Assembly: GCF_009914755.1 (NCBI RefSeq)
Contig: NC_060932.1
DNA length: 64,000 nucleotides
Direction: 5' to 3' (one strand)
Origin: the human T2T-CHM13v2.0 reference genome, Homo sapiens
Below are positions 11,810 to 27,137 of the stretch, one piece after another. Within the stretch, counting starts at the first letter, position 1, and each line of letters starts with the position of its first letter. The notes beneath the pieces were generated by a model. It ran no database searches. It was not told where the DNA came from and saw nothing but the letters and a program-made list of their open reading frames with translations. Position numbers and translations under genes: made by a program.

Positions 11810-13430
11810 CAGCTTTCACTTCCAGCCATAATGAAGTAACAGGGACTGAACTTATCCTCCCACTTTAGATAGCTAATCACATGGACAAAATATATGAAAT
11901 AACAGTATTCATACACTAGAAAACAGGCAGTACAGGACAGTAATACTTGAGAAAAAAGAACCAATGGGGCAAGTTCTAGGAATATTTCTCTATTTGGCCT
12001 GGAGAGAGTTTCCAGGCTGCAGTGCAAGAAGCAGCAGCTCAAACTGAGTCCAGTGGTCTCCCTAAGTTTAGGAGGCAGGACTGAGAATTTAGGGAGGCCA
12101 GTGTGGCTGGGATTCTTTCAGTAGTGTTCCTGAAAGGAGCGAGCTTCACAGAAAAAGAGCTTTGGAGTTTTGTGGAAGAGTCCTTTTTGAGTCTTTAGCT
12201 GAGTACTAATCAGCACCTGCGCTAAAGAAAACTACCTGAGGCCAGGGAGGAAAAAACAAACAAACAAACAAACAAACAAACAAACAAACAAACAAAACAC
12301 CCAGAAGGAGTAGATAGAAAAATTTCTGGAGCCATACAGGACTGGGAATAATTCATGTTCCTGACAGCCATTATAAGATACCTCATATGGCGCAGGGCAT
12401 CAGGTTGAGTATTCAAAAGGGGATTGTCTCATTGATGGGGACAGATTAGTTTGTGTCTCTGCCTAGCAAAGCATAGAAACAGGTCTTGAGAGGATCAGTT
12501 TGTTCCCAACTACCTTAACTGGACCCAAGAACAAATCCGAATAATACTTATAGGGATACAGAAAAAATGTAATACCCCAAAATTAAAAGTCACCAATATC
12601 TAGCATCCTACCAAACAGCACTAGATACTCAAAGAAAAATATGACCCATAATAAAGATTTAAAAATCAATCCATAGAAACAGACATTAATTAAATAACAC
12701 AGATAATATAATTAGTACATGTGGAAATTAAAAAAGCTATTATAAATACATTCTGTATATTTAAGAAGATAGAGAAAACATGAGCATGTTAAATGGACAT
12801 GTAAAAGATATGACAAAGATCCAAATCAGACTTCTAGAGATAAAAAATACCTGAGATGTAAAATACATGAGATGCCACTAGTAGCTAATTAGAGGCTGCA
12901 GAGGACAAGATTAGTGAACTTGAAAAAAAAGCAGTAGAAAACATTTAAAATAAAACAAAAAAATACGGAAAATAAAGTGAACATTGATGTGCATTATCCC
13001 ATCAGTGTGCCATGGTGTAGTTTCACAAGGTCTAAGATATGTGTAATTGGAGTCCCAGAGAAAAAGGGGAAGACAAGGATATTCAAAGAAGTCTGTTCAA
13101 AATTTTTACAAATTTGACAAAAACTATAAACCCCTAAATCCAAGAAGCCCAGAGAACTCTCCAAGCTGAAGAAGCTTGAAGAAAATGACACCAGTGCACA
13201 TTGTAATCAATTTTCTTAAAACTGATATAAAGAGAATATCATAAAAGTATCCAGGAAAAGTAAATGCATTATGTGCAGGGAAACAACAATGAGAATGACA
13301 ACAAACTTTGTTGGCAGCAACACAAACCAGAAGACAATGGGGCAACATCTTTAAAATACTTAACAAAAAGACAAAATACTTAGAATTCTATACTCAGCAA
13401 AAGTATCTTTCAAAAATGAAGGCCAAATGC
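11810..13430 (+). mobile_element. Old L1 (L1M/L1ME-type) 5'UTR plus degraded ORF1
   Basis: A-rich sequence with ORF1-like remnants AGATTAGTGAACTTGAA, AATTGGAGTCCCAGA, AGAAGACAATGG..CAACATCTTTAAA and AGAATTCTATACTCAGCAAAAGTATCTTTCAAAAATGAAGG. No open frame. Confidence 0.8.
12252..12298. repeat. (AAAC)n microsatellite
   Basis: Directly visible tetranucleotide run. Confidence 0.95.
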
Positions 13431-13444
13431 AGGTAAATAAGAGG

Positions 13445-13620
13445 AGATATGTGTTTAGATATACATTTTAGAAGGGTCACTGTTCACAGGGTAATGAATA
13501 GATGGGTAAGAAAGACTGAAGGGAAGAGACTATTTTAGTGATCTCGATATCAGATGATGAGAGCCTAAGTTAAGACAGTTATTGTAGGAATAAAGAAAGA
13601 GATGAGTTGGAGAGATGTAG
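13445..13620 (-). mobile_element. L2 fragment
   Basis: CATTTTAGAAGGGTCACT...AGATGATGAGAGCCTAAG, typical antisense L2. Confidence 0.55.
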
Positions 13621-13800
13621 ACTTTTGTTTGCCTAGGAAATATTACTCTTCCTTCAATGCACATTTTCAATAGCAGAAGTTGTGACTTCTTCATCTCTGA
13701 TTCCTCAGGACATAGAATAAGCACACTGGTGGCTCTTAGAAAATATCATTTCAATTCTAGTCGCCTTTCTTTGTGCTGACTCTTGTCTATACCTCTCAGT

Positions 13801-14108
13801 TTTGTTTGTTTGTTTGTTTGTTTTTGAGACAGAGTTTTGCTCTTGTTGCCCAAGCTGGGGTGCAAGGGTGCAATCTCGGCTCACCGCAACCTCCACCTCC
13901 CGGGTTCAAGCGATTCTCCTGTCTCAGCCTTCCTGAGTAGCTGGGATTACAGGCATGTGCCACCATGCCTGTCTAATTTTGTGTTTTTAGTAGAGATGGG
14001 GTTTTTCCATGTTGCTCAGGCTGGTCTCGAACTCCGGACCTCAGGTGATCCACCCGTCTCGGCCTCCCAAAGTGCTGGGATTACAGGCATGAGCCACTGC
14101 ACCTAGCC
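13801..14108 (-). mobile_element. Alu SINE (AluSp-like)
   Basis: Reverse Alu with CTCTTGTTGCCC, CTCACCGCAACC and GGACCTCAGGTGATCC; (GTTT)n tail; TSD TATACC.CTCAGTT on both sides. Confidence 0.97.
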
Positions 14109-14599
14109 TATACCACTCAGTTTAACTAGATACTTGCTTCTTCTTGAATTCATGTTGGCCTTATATTTATAAATAATGATAATACAACCGAAATTATCAA
14201 TTTTGAAATGCAATGGTTTGTTTTGAAGTCTTGCTCTATAGTAAACGTCATGAGATATACTTGCCAATCTTTTCTTCTAGTTTTCTGTGTTTTCCTCTAC
14301 AAAGCAACCTGAATTTATTTAAAAATGCTAATTAAATTGGATACTAGAATGGAGTCAAAATAAGCAAGATTCAAAAATCTAAGTTAATTTTCAGTTTGTA
14401 GTATATATTTCAAAATGAAGTAAGTCCATGCTTTTTTGATAATAAAAATTCCTACCATTTAGGTAGCAAACATAACACAACTGAATTAAAATTATTATAG
14501 TAGCAATTAGATTATTCTTTCTGGACTAAGGATGACAATTAATGCATTAATATAGTTGTTCAACAAAAAGAATGAGAGTATTACCAATAATTAACTACT

Positions 14600-15110
14600 T
14601 ATCCTTGAAGGTTCTGCTCAAATGCCCCCACAGCTTTCCCTGATTCCTCTAGGTAGAGATGAATACCTATTACTCTTGCTTCTGTTGTATTGTGTACATA
14701 TTTTTATGTTTTTCCTCATCTTGAACTCTCTTCTCCAATCCCTTAGTGAGCTACTACTCATTTTATTTTTAGTTTAGAAGTTCCTTTTTCCAAAAAGCCT
14801 TCCCTGAATTCTCATGTCTGTGCAGATGTCCCTTCTTTGTCTCTCATTGACCCAGATACTTCCCCTGATATAGACGTTACTTAGCTTTGTAATTCCCTCT
14901 CTGTGTGCCTGCCCCTTCTCTCCACACTGCAAATACGATGAGGGAGGAGATCTTATTTCTCATGGTCACATGGATCTCAATGCCTATTAGAATTCTTGGC
15001 ACTTAGTAGGTTCATTTTTGAATGAATACATGTGTCTAAATTATCCTAGATCCTCAATTTGTAATGTGCACAGTACTTGGCACACAATAGTTACTCAAAA
15101 AATAAGTATC
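14600..15110 (+). mobile_element. L2 3' remnants
   Basis: AAGCCTTCCCTGA and terminal CTTGGCACTTAGTAGG..TGAATGAAT, plus a second terminal GTACTTGGCACACAATAG. Confidence 0.6.
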
Positions 15111-15529
15111 GGTTAGACTAATTTAAAGCAAAGTCCTTGCTTATACAATCTGGTGAAAGACATAGATACATAAATAGGCCACAATACAACTAAGAATGTG
15201 CCAAACACTAAAAGAATAATTCATTATAATTGGAAGCTTTGGAAGTATAATAGAATATTGATGTTCTTAACAAATGGACATGATGGTTAAAGAGGGAACT
15301 GTTGGCAGACAAAACATCATGGCACAGAAGTATAACTTGCAGTGCAATGTATTGTGAGGACTGGTGAGCAGTTCTGTGCAATCACAGCATAGACTTCTCC
15401 GATGCCTGGGGCTGGAGTTGGGTGAGGAAGCTGTGGGAGCTGGGGTTGGGTTAGATCCAATTTTACCACTTTCTTTTGCAAAAGAGTTGTCTGGGTGCAT
15501 AAGTAAGAAAACCATGGAAAGAAATATAT

Positions 15530-15730
15530 ATTTAGTGTCAACTTGTGTGGCAGGCTTTGTATATATTATTTTACTTAATACAACAGTCTTATGAGAGATT
15601 ATACATTTTGTAGAAGGGGAAATTGAGGCTCAGAAAGTTAAAAGAAGCTGCCCAAGTAGACCCAGGTAAGTGGTAGTAAGTAGAGCCGGGATTTTAGACA
15701 GGGCTATCTGAATGAGAGAACTTCCACTTT
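15530..15730 (-). mobile_element. MIR SINE
   Basis: CATTTTGTAGAAGGGGAAATTGAGGCTCAGAAAGTTAA (antisense core). Confidence 0.75.
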
Positions 15731-16050
15731 TTTTTACACAATCACTTCCTTGCCTGTGTCTTTTCACCTGTATCCCTGAATGAGATATGTACACAATTTT
15801 TGGTTAAACCAGTAACAACGTTTATGGAATTATGACTATGTAAATATAGGTCCCTGCTAAGCTAAGTAGTGCACAGTTAGATCAACTTTCTCCTTCAAAT
15901 TTTTGTTTTACTTGGAGTTAATAATTGCCTTGATTTTCCATTGTTTATTTTCTACTTGCCTATTATTATCATTTTTAGTGTTTCCACCTTCCATCATATG
16001 CCTATATATAGCTCTTCAAATATTTAACCACAGTTATAAGCTTTCAGTTG

Positions 16051-16700
<650 letters not shown>

Positions 16701-17898
16701 TACCATGGATTGGCTTACCCAACAGCCATTTCATCTTGCCTTTTCTGTGCTTTCCTATAATTTAGAGTCTGAGAAATTAAAAATATATTTCACAGGCTTC
16801 TGGTCATGGTGCAGTAGCTGGGACTGGATTATCCCTCCTCCTGTAAACAAATATAAAACTGGATAAAAATATGAGATAACTATTTTCAGGCAGTGGGCCG
16901 TAGGTAATGCAAATCTGCAATTCTTGAGAGAAGGGAAACTTCTGAGATGACTCTTGTGAGTATCCAGCTCTGTGCTTAGAACAATTTCCTGGTTGCAGCA
17001 CAATAAGCTGGAGTCCAAACAGAAAGCATGGCCCCAGTGAGCTGACCAAACAGAGATCACAATTAAGAGTTATGGGCTTGAGGCAGATGGAATCCTCAAG
17101 GTGGGCCTTGAGTAGAAGAACCTCTGTGGACAGGGGATTCCATAAATTGATGGAGAATCCCTGAGATTCTGTGGCTGAATTTTCATTGTACATGTACAGG
17201 ATAAGCCATCCAGCTTTACCATATAGCACATACTATGCTGTTAAGAGCAGAACACAAATATGAGAAGTCAAGCAGTTCTTGGAAGGAGAAGTGCAAGGGA
17301 AGTTGGAGTTCTTTCCCTGTCAGAGTGGAGACATCTTCTTAATCCATCATTAATACCCTAGCATCTAGCCGAGACTCCAGAAAGCTTGTGTCTTAACAAT
17401 AGGGATCATAGCATGGACCTGGCCTAACCAAGGTCACAGAAAAGATCTCTAGAAAATACTGAGTTTAGTGTTTGGTCCCTCGAGGTTAGAGAGGTTTGGA
17501 AAACACCTTGAGCTTTTCACAGACTTGAATGAACAAAGTGTTAAACCAAGCATTTAAAAGTGCAGGTGATTAACCAGTAATTGAACGACTTGTGAATTTG
17601 AGAGGACAATACTGAAGCCAGAGTCTCTTCAATGTCTTTTCTACAACATTCAGTATTCAATGCAAATTTCAGTAGATATACAAAGAAAGAGAAACATATG
17701 ATTCATAGTAAAAAACAAAACAAAACAAAACAAAACTGTCAACAGGGACCAAATCTAAGATAATGCACATGTTGTACTAAGAAAAGACTTGAAAATTACT
17801 CCTGTAAAGATGTTTACATAAAGAAAAATTTGATTTTAATTAGTAAGCAGATAAAAAAAATTCAATAGAAAAAAATGTAAACTATAAAATTAAATAGT

Positions 17899-18191
<293 letters not shown>

Positions 18192-18456
18192 AAAATTAAA
18201 TAGAATTTCTAGAACTGAAACAAATGAACAGAAATAAAAAGTTTACTGAACAGGTCTAATGGAAGATTGGAAATGGCAGAAGAAAAAGTCAGTGAACTTG
18301 AACATAGATAATAAAAATTGCCCCATTTGAAGGAAAGAAGGATAAAAGATTGAATAAAGTTTAAAAGAACCCCAGGGCTCTGTGTGAAAATAGCAAATAG
18401 TCTAACACATCAGCACTAAGAGAGAAACTAGTGAACAAAATGCAAAGAAAATATTT

Positions 18457-18749
<293 letters not shown>

Positions 18750-19349
18750 CTATAGTCTCTAATTCTCCAAATTTGATGACTTACAGGTCCAAGCAGTTAA
18801 ACAAATACCAAAACCTGATAAATACAAGAAGTTTCCTCTCCAGTAGTATGATAGTCAAATGATTGAGAAACAGAGATAAGGAGAACATCATGAAAGAAGC
18901 CAGAGCAAACAGACACATTATACGTAGGGGACAAGCATAAGAATTATTGCTGAATTGTTATCAGAAACAATGGAGGCCAGAAGATAATGGAATAACATCT
19001 TTGAAGTGCTGAATGAGAAAAGCAATAACCAAACCAAACTGTCAGTACAGAATTCTGTATTCAACAAAAATATCCTTTGAATGAGGGCGCAATAAAGGCA
19101 TTTTCAGTTAAATTAAAATTTAGTGATTTTACCTCCATCAGACTTGTAGTACAAGAAATGCTAAAGCAAGTCCTTCAGGTCAAAGAGATGTAATATTCTA
19201 TAGACGTTCAAATCTACAAGGGAAAATAAAAAGCACTGGAGATAGTAAATAAGTAGGTAAATATAAAAGACTTTTCTTGTTTCTTGTAACTCACACAAAA
19301 CACAACTATTTAAAGCACAAACGAAAACACTAAAAAGTGAGGTATTACA

Positions 19350-20295
19350 ATTATATCCTGAATTTAGTCATGAAGTAATAAGAAGACAAATTCTGATGTT
19401 CATCCTAAAAGACAAATGACGTGGAATTTTCAGAAAGACCAAAGTCTTGAAAATGCATAAAAGTAAGAGAACTATTTTTCATTAAAGGAGACTAAAAAGA
19501 CAGGAGAATCAAATGCAATTCATAACCCTTAATTGGATTATGGCTCAAACACACAGATACACACATGTGCACATGTGCATGCACACCCGGAAAAAACAAG
19601 ACTTAATTGGGATGATTAATGGAATTTGATTTGAATATGGACAACATGTCAGATAATATTATTGTTTCAAATAATTATCCAGTGTGATCATTGTATTGTG
19701 GTTATGTAGGAAAATGTTGAGTTGTTAAGAGATTCATATTGCTGTGTAATTAGTGGTCAAAATGCCATGATTGGTGATTACAACTTGCCTTCAAATGGTT
19801 TAGAGGAAAAAAAAGTAAAATATCAGAAACTGCTGTCACAGCCATAGAAGCTCCCTGCTCCAATTTCCCTTTAAGAAAGCACTTACCAGTCAGTTGCAGA
19901 GTGTAGTCAGCTGGAAGTTTCTAGTCATTAGGTCCTTCAGGATCCGATTCTGCTTTTGAGCTGAGGCAACACTCTTCCCCAGCAGTGCCCAGCCAGTGAC
20001 TGATCAGTGCGTGATACCAGCTGTGCAGTGGGAAATCTTTGCTCTGGAGCTCTGTGTTAGGTCGGCTGAGACCTTGTCAGATCCTTATCATAGTCTGAGA
20101 CACTCCCTGCCAGTGCTGCTTCAATTCCCTTGATGTCTCATAAACTCTCCTCTGGCATCCTAACTCAGTCTCATCATTAGTGTCCTTTCAACTGGCATTA
20201 TCAGTGACTCTAATTGAGGACTATATAGATGTGCATTATCTCACTCTTTCAACTTTAGTATGGTTTGAAATTTTCACAATAATAAAAAGTTAAAA
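19350..20295 (+). mobile_element. Old L1 3' end (L1ME/L1MC-like), interrupted by an LTR16-like element
   Basis: TGATCATTGTATTGTGGTTATGTAGGAAAATG and CTTCAAATGGTTTAGAGGAAAA; resumes with CTCTTTCAACTTT..GTTTGAAATTTTCACAATAATAAAAAGTT. Confidence 0.7.
19834..20200 (+). mobile_element. ERVL LTR16-family LTR
   Basis: TGTCACAGCC start, CCTTCAGGATCC, CCCAGCCAGTGACTGA, ATCTTTGCTCTGGAGCTC, GAGACCTTGTCAGATC, TCCTAACTCAGTCTCA. Confidence 0.8.
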
Positions 20296-20689
20296 GTCAT
20301 AATACAACAAGAAGAAGCACTTCCTTGTAGCTGGGGTTCCTGAGTAATTCGGGTTTTATTGATTAGAATTACTCGTGTGAACCTTGGAACAGGACGGAAG
20401 TTAACTGTATGATAATTCATTTTTAATAGGATGGATGGCAGAGATAGGGAGGCTATTTTGGTCAAAAGCTCCCCTATTTGACAATCCCCTATAGTGATGG
20501 CAGCAACTTTTCTATCTTAGCAAGACCAGTGTCTTTCTGAGGGCCAAGAGTTGTTCTGGAAGCTCAGCCTACAGCTTGTTTTCCAGATGTTATATCATAT
20601 TTTTAAAATCTACACAATACCCTAGAAGTAAATCTCTGCTCTAGCAGCTTGCATGGTTTCTGTTGTCTTCAATGGAACCTTAGCCAAAA

Positions 20690-21420
20690 TGCAGGTAGAA
20701 ATCTATTTTTTTTTCTCATATACGTATTTAAGAATTTTTCCTCTTCTTTTCTAGGTACTAATGTTGCTGTTGAAAAGACCACTGTTGTTTTTTTCTCCAG
20801 GTTCTTTATATGTTACCCCCTATAAAAACTTTTAGAATCATGTCATTATTACTTGTAGTTTTGAAATTTCCTGATAAGGCAACTTCTCATTCATTATGTG
20901 AGTGCTCAGTGGGCCCCTTCATTTATTATACTTGTTACTGGATGTGCATGCCTTTCAGGTACAGAAATTTCCCTGTCTTGTATCTTTGACAATTTCACCT
21001 TATTCTTCTTTTAGCTCATTTTGGAAGACCATATGTCGAACCTCTTGGTTTAATCTTTTAATTTTTATTTATTTTAGTCTTTTTTCTCTTTTTTCTTGTT
21101 ATACTTTCTGAGAGTTTTTTATTGTTTAAACTTTCAGGCTGTCTATGTTTTTCCCTAGATTTTATTTTTTCTTCTTTTCTTGTTTAATTGCTGAAGACTT
21201 TTTTTTTTATTTTGTTTCTCATTTGTTTCTTTTTTGTTGCTAACTATTCTTTTTGGACAGATATCATATCTTCTCTTACTCTTTTGGAGATAAAAATGAA
21301 TTTTAGAAAAGTTTTCTTCCATCTCCTGCATTAGCTTCATTTCTTCTGACTCTCTCCTTCCACTGCTTGTTTTTGTCTGTCTTTTCCAGTTTGGAAGCTT
21401 TCTTTAATGATTTATGATTA
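20690..21420 (-). mobile_element. HAL1/old-L1 remnant, right part
   Basis: TTTCTAGGTACTAATGTTGCTGTTGAAAAG, CTCAGTGGGCCC and a T-rich antisense L1-like composition. Confidence 0.55.
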
Positions 21421-21569
21421 CTAGTTTCCATGTCCCAAGTACGAAGTGAGTGAATCATAAAAAAGATTATTGTGAGCTCTTTATGGGTAGTCAGAACTTA
21501 TGGATTATTGGTTTCATTTCAGGAGGACTATGTGTGAGTTGACTTTTTTACTGATTGAAACTGAAACAC

Positions 21570-21755
21570 CAGTATCTGACAATTACTAGTTTCTTAGTAA
21601 CAGAACTTAGTATTAGGATTATTAACTTTTCAATGCCTCAGTTTGCTCATAGAAACAATGGTAATAATCATAGTACTTACCTTTTAAGATGAGGATAAAA
21701 TGAATAAATGAATGTAAAATGCTTAGAAAAATGCTTGGCACAGAGTCAAGCATTA
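21570..21755 (+). mobile_element. MIR SINE
   Basis: TGCCTCAGTTTGCTCAT..GGTAATAATCATAGTACTTACC..GAGGATAAAATGA..GCTTAGAAAAATGCTTGGCACAGAGT. Confidence 0.8.
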
Positions 21756-22474
<719 letters not shown>

Positions 22475-23844
22475 CATATAAATATTTTTCATCATCATCG
22501 TCATCATCATCATTCTTGTTGCAGTGTTGTTTCTTATTTAAAAAATCCTTCAGTACGCTACTGGGTGGTATAAACTTGGTTGCTGGTATTCTGAGAACAA
22601 GGCAGGAGTGGTCTCATCAGATCCTCCTAATTCTGTTTGATCCCTTATCACTCGTTTCCAATGTCCTGGTGTGTTAAGTCTGAGAACCCTTCAGTTCAAT
22701 TTGTGTGGAAGATAAGCCTCTGATCTCTGTATGCCCATGCGCACGCACCGGTGTGGCTGGCTTCCTGGCTGGACAGGATCAGTAGAAATTGGGTGGATAG
22801 GTGTCTACCTGCTTTGCATATGCATTTCCGGACAATTCCACCCTCAGCCTTGCTCCTACCTTCCTAAGTACCCGGCGCTCTGCATGAGGGCCTTTCGGAG
22901 CTTCTGCAGGGTGATTTGACTCATTTCTCATTGTTCTATTCTACTGTTGCTGTATCTGTTTTTCTACTTTTCATCTCTCTTTCTCTTCCATAACCTGAAG
23001 TCAACAATCATCTTATTTCATATGAATCCTGAAAGAATTACATGAGGTTGCACCGGTGAGAAGCCTGGCATTGTGCTTGCCATATAGATCATTGATAATC
23101 GGTGGGGTCTATTTTCCTTCCCTCCCATCTTCCCTCCTTCTCCTCCTCTTCCTTCTTTCTCTCTTTTTTTATCTTTCCTCCTCCCCAGCATTATGCATTC
23201 ATATGCTTCAACTACCCCAGGCTGCTTTCAGGACAGCAGTTTGTAATTACTGCAGCATGGTGTATAGTGTCTGTGGCAAATTTATTTCCTCTCATATTTC
23301 TTGTAAGTGTTGCTGATGCAGAATGAATGTCTCAAATCACTCAGAAGGAAACAAATAGGATGGAAAACCTGCTGGTAATAAGGCTGGATCATGAGGCATG
23401 CATGCCTAAAACAATTGTTCTCTTCTTTGCCTCAAGCTGTGCAGCCCATTAGAGGCTTGTCTGGGGAGATAACAATATGCCCTCTCCTGGAGGTGTGTTT
23501 TTTCCTAGAAAGGCTTGGTCCTGAGCTGAAAGGAAGATGGGAGGACTAGAACCCTGACCTTAGTCAATGGCCTCCTTCTACAAAGTGCTTTAGAAATGAA
23601 AGGGAACTTAGAGAGGATTGAATTTGTAGGGAGAGAGGCTGGATCCAGTGACTAGAGTTGCCTTTTTTCAAGGTCAAAGCAGTTTGTGGCTGAGCCTGGA
23701 CTAGAATCTGGGTCACACCTGGTCCAGGTTTCTTCTGGGTTCAAGAAACAGCCCATTCCTGTTCCCTTTCCTCCTTCTTCTCCAGCCTGTGACGGTTTCT
23801 AGCATCCAGCCAGTTGGTTTCGGTTCTGTTTTTATTTGAAATTA

Positions 23845-24150
23845 ATTAGCTCAACCAATATTTGTGGTGCATTTCATGGTGCCAGGCATCATTCTGGGCA
23901 CTGGAGACGCAGATGAACAGGACTCTGTCGCTCCTCTCAAATTGCTCCCAGGTGGTTAGGGAGACTGATACTGAACAGGCTTTTTCAATTCTGTGTGGCT
24001 GGTGTCAGAACACAGGGTAGGCTGGGGGCAACAGGGAGAAAAATCCCTGAGTCTTTTCGGGGGCTTCCAAGAGTTTCTGGGAAAGGTGCTGCTTGAACTA
24101 AATTTGAAGGAGAAAAGAGAATAGAGCTTGTCAAAAAAGAGTCAGGAAAG
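23845..24150 (-). mobile_element. L2 3' remnant
   Basis: TCAACCAATATTTG..GTGCCAGGCATCATTCTGGGCACTGGAGA. Confidence 0.65.
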
Positions 24151-24689
24151 AGGAGGGAGAGGGAGCCAGTCTCAGTGGGAAAAGAACTTGTGTGTGATGG
24201 TAGAGTGGGATTTCAACTCCTGTAGCCTGGGCCTAAAGCCCAAGCCCTCTCCTCTTGACCACACAGCCTTCTGGGCTAAAGGCCATACTGGTTTGGAGGC
24301 GAGGGTCCTTCTCAGGGCAAGATAGAGCCAGGACATCTAACACTTAACATTCAAAATCTCTCCACCTTCAGGAATGACTGCACCCCAAAAACTAGACCCT
24401 TCCTTCCCCAAACACAGTGCCCTCTTATCCTCAAGCAGTACCATGGAATCACAGTTATGAAGTGACTCATCCAGGGTCTAAGGTTCATGCTTCTCTCCTT
24501 CTTCCTGCTCAGCTTCCTCAGAGGGGGGCCATGGCAGGATGGTAACCAGAGAAATGGCACCCAGATGTGCAGGGCTTCTTAGGAGGTGCCCCCAGAGCTC
24601 ACAAAGTACATTCATACACCTGGAATCCTCCCTGGGCAGGTACGCATGGGATAATAACAGCCTTTCACTGGACACTCACCCTGCGCCAG

Positions 24690-24890
24690 GTAATGAGAAA
24701 GTCTTTTATATTCTGTTTTCATGTGCTGAATCTTCCTTCCAGCATTCACAAAACAAGTGGATTTGATCATCCCTATCCCTTAGCTGAGGAAGAGGAGGGT
24801 CAGATAGTTTCTGAAACCTTCTCTAAGTCACACAGCAAGTAAGCTGGAATCAAAATGCAAACCAGGTCTACCTGACTCCAGAGATTTCAC
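24690..24890 (-). mobile_element. MIR SINE
   Basis: AGCTGAGGAAGAGGAGGGTCAGA..CTAAGTCACACAGCAAGTAAG..CCAGGTCTACCTGACTCCAGAG. Confidence 0.7.
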
Positions 24891-26294
24891 TCTGGAAAAC
24901 AAACAATCAAAGAAACAAACTCTGTGAGCAAAAATGTTTCTGGGATTTCACAGGCATCAGTGTAAAACCCCAGATTCAGTCTTGCAAAACCCATTGGCTT
25001 TAAAATAGATGGAAGAGAAGTGGCTTAGAGACAGATCATGTGTCCAGTAACTGAGGCTTTATTTGACCACATGATGGTGTGACCCAGATCCTCAAAGCCA
25101 CACTAAGAGCAGTTGGTGAGTGGGTGGCCACCAAGAGACTAGAAGTGGCATTGGGCTGACCTCGGTCCAGTCCCTGCCTATGCATGCAAAGCTTGAGAGG
25201 TCTCTGACGTTGGAACAGGCTGTCTGTGAGCAAGTGAGTCCCTGGCACTGGAGGTATGCAAGGATGCATGCTTATCAAGGAAATTGTAAAGGAGACTCCT
25301 GCCCTGGATAGGAGGTAGCTGAGCAGGTAAAGTGAAGCCCAGAGAGAGGAAGGAACTGTCCAGAGGGTCCATGGTGCATTGAGGGCAGGACCAGATCTCT
25401 GTCTGCAGAGTCTTAGAGGCATCATGAACGTGGAGGAAAGTGACATGCAGGTCACTCTTGGCCTGAGTCACCACTTGAATTAACAGCTTTGCATATTCTA
25501 CCTAGTGTTTCCTCGCCCAGACCAAGGCCTCAGATTTGCAAAGTTGGGGGTGGACAATTGTTAGGCAGTAGGGGGTTGGAATTCCCTTTTGCAGGCCGGG
25601 CTGTGTGAGCCATAAACATTTGTCATAGAAACCCTGGATTTACAGGGACAAAGAGCCCTGAGCACAGGAACAAATGGACTCAAGGCCCATAACTCCTCTC
25701 CATCAATCTTTTCTTCTGGATTGTGCAAGACTCTGGCGATTGCATACAGCGGCTCCTGGCAGCCTCGAGTGATGGACAGGGGTAGCGATAAGAGGCACAT
25801 TTCTGGGAAGAAAGAATGTGCTTGGCCTGGCAGGATGAGGTCGAGGGAGTTGACAGGGAGCCCAGATATAAAACAGACCCTACACACAGAGATATGTGGA
25901 CAAGGCTCTCCAGTATCCTAGTTGGGATGGGAGGCAAAGATTGGCCAAACTATCTCCAAGAGAGGGCAATTTGGAAGGGGCAGGAGTTGTAGCAATGTTT
26001 CTTCTAACTATTTTAAAAATTGTATTTTCAGCTGCCACCTTTTATGGAATCAACAGCAAACTTAATTTCTTTTTGGAAAATGGTTTCGCATTGGGGGATA
26101 ATGCGTGAAGGTGCTTATCCTCCACATGTAAAGGGCAGGCTCAGACTTGAAATTAGACATTGTAGGGAATCTCCTGGGGCTTTGCATCTTGACAAAATAA
26201 GACAAAATCAGAAAGAACGAGAAGAAGACAATCAACCACAGCTGGTTGCATGCATCTTAGAAGCGATCCTCTGCTACCTGAGAGCTCTTAAAGC

Positions 26295-26845
26295 ACTGCA
26301 GTGAACAGAAAATGCAGCTCTTATCTGGCTTGAAACATAAATGTATTGGCTCAAATAACTAAAAAGTCCAGACATAGATGTTGACTTGGGGTTTGGTTTT
26401 TTCCTTCCATCATCTCTTGGCTGGGCCTCCTGTGACACTTGCTCCACCGCCTGTGACATTGGCTCCATTATCTACACAGGTATTGTGTTCATGGTGGCAA
26501 AATGGTTGCAGTAGCTCCTTCGTGCATCCCTCCAGGGTCAGACCTGGTGGAAAAGGGCAAATGCAGGGTTTGCTGGACTGAGGTTAAATTGCCTGCCCTC
26601 TGTCTTGAGTCAGCCACTCTTCCCTGAACCCATCACTGAAACCAGGAAGAAGGAATGTACCAATATTTTTAGACAGAGGGCTTATGTTCCAGCCCAGGCA
26701 TGGGGGTAAAGTCAGCACCACCAGAATCATGTGGATGGAGAATAGTGGGTGGATGGATCCACAAGTGAGAGTTGAGGGGTGCTGGAATCATTAGTGTGAG
26801 AGAATGACAACAGGTAGCCAAAAAAATCAACAAAAGTCCATTGTA
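26295..26845 (-). mobile_element. ERVL-MaLR MLT1 LTR (old, K/L-like)
   Basis: ATGTATTGGCTCAAATAACTAAAAAGTCCAG, GTGGCAAAATGGTTGCAG and CCCTGAACCCATCACTG. Confidence 0.65.
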
Positions 26846-27137
26846 GCCTGGGCAGGTGGCTCATCTACAATCCCAGCACTTTGGGAGGCTGAAGCAGGAG
26901 GATGGCTTGAGACCAGGAGTTCGAGACCAGCCTGGCCAACATGGCAAAACCCTGTCTCTACTAAAAATATAAAAATTAGCCAAGCATGGTGGCACATGCC
27001 TGTAATCCTAGCTACTTGGGTGGCTGAGGCACAAGAATCGCTTGAGCCTGGGAGGCGGAGGTTTCAGTGAGCCAAGCTTGCGCCACTGCACTCCAGCCTG
27101 GGCGACGGAGTGAAACTCTGTCTCAGAAAAAAAAAAA
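26846..27137 (+). mobile_element. Alu SINE (AluS/Sz-like)
   Basis: Full dimer with A-tail; degenerate TSD AAAAG..CATTGTA. Confidence 0.96.

Noticed and set aside
25036-26304. Cluster of overlapping 60-140 aa ORFs in a relatively repeat-poor region
   Set aside because: No recognisable domains, no consistent exon structure or codon signal; the lengths are expected by chance.
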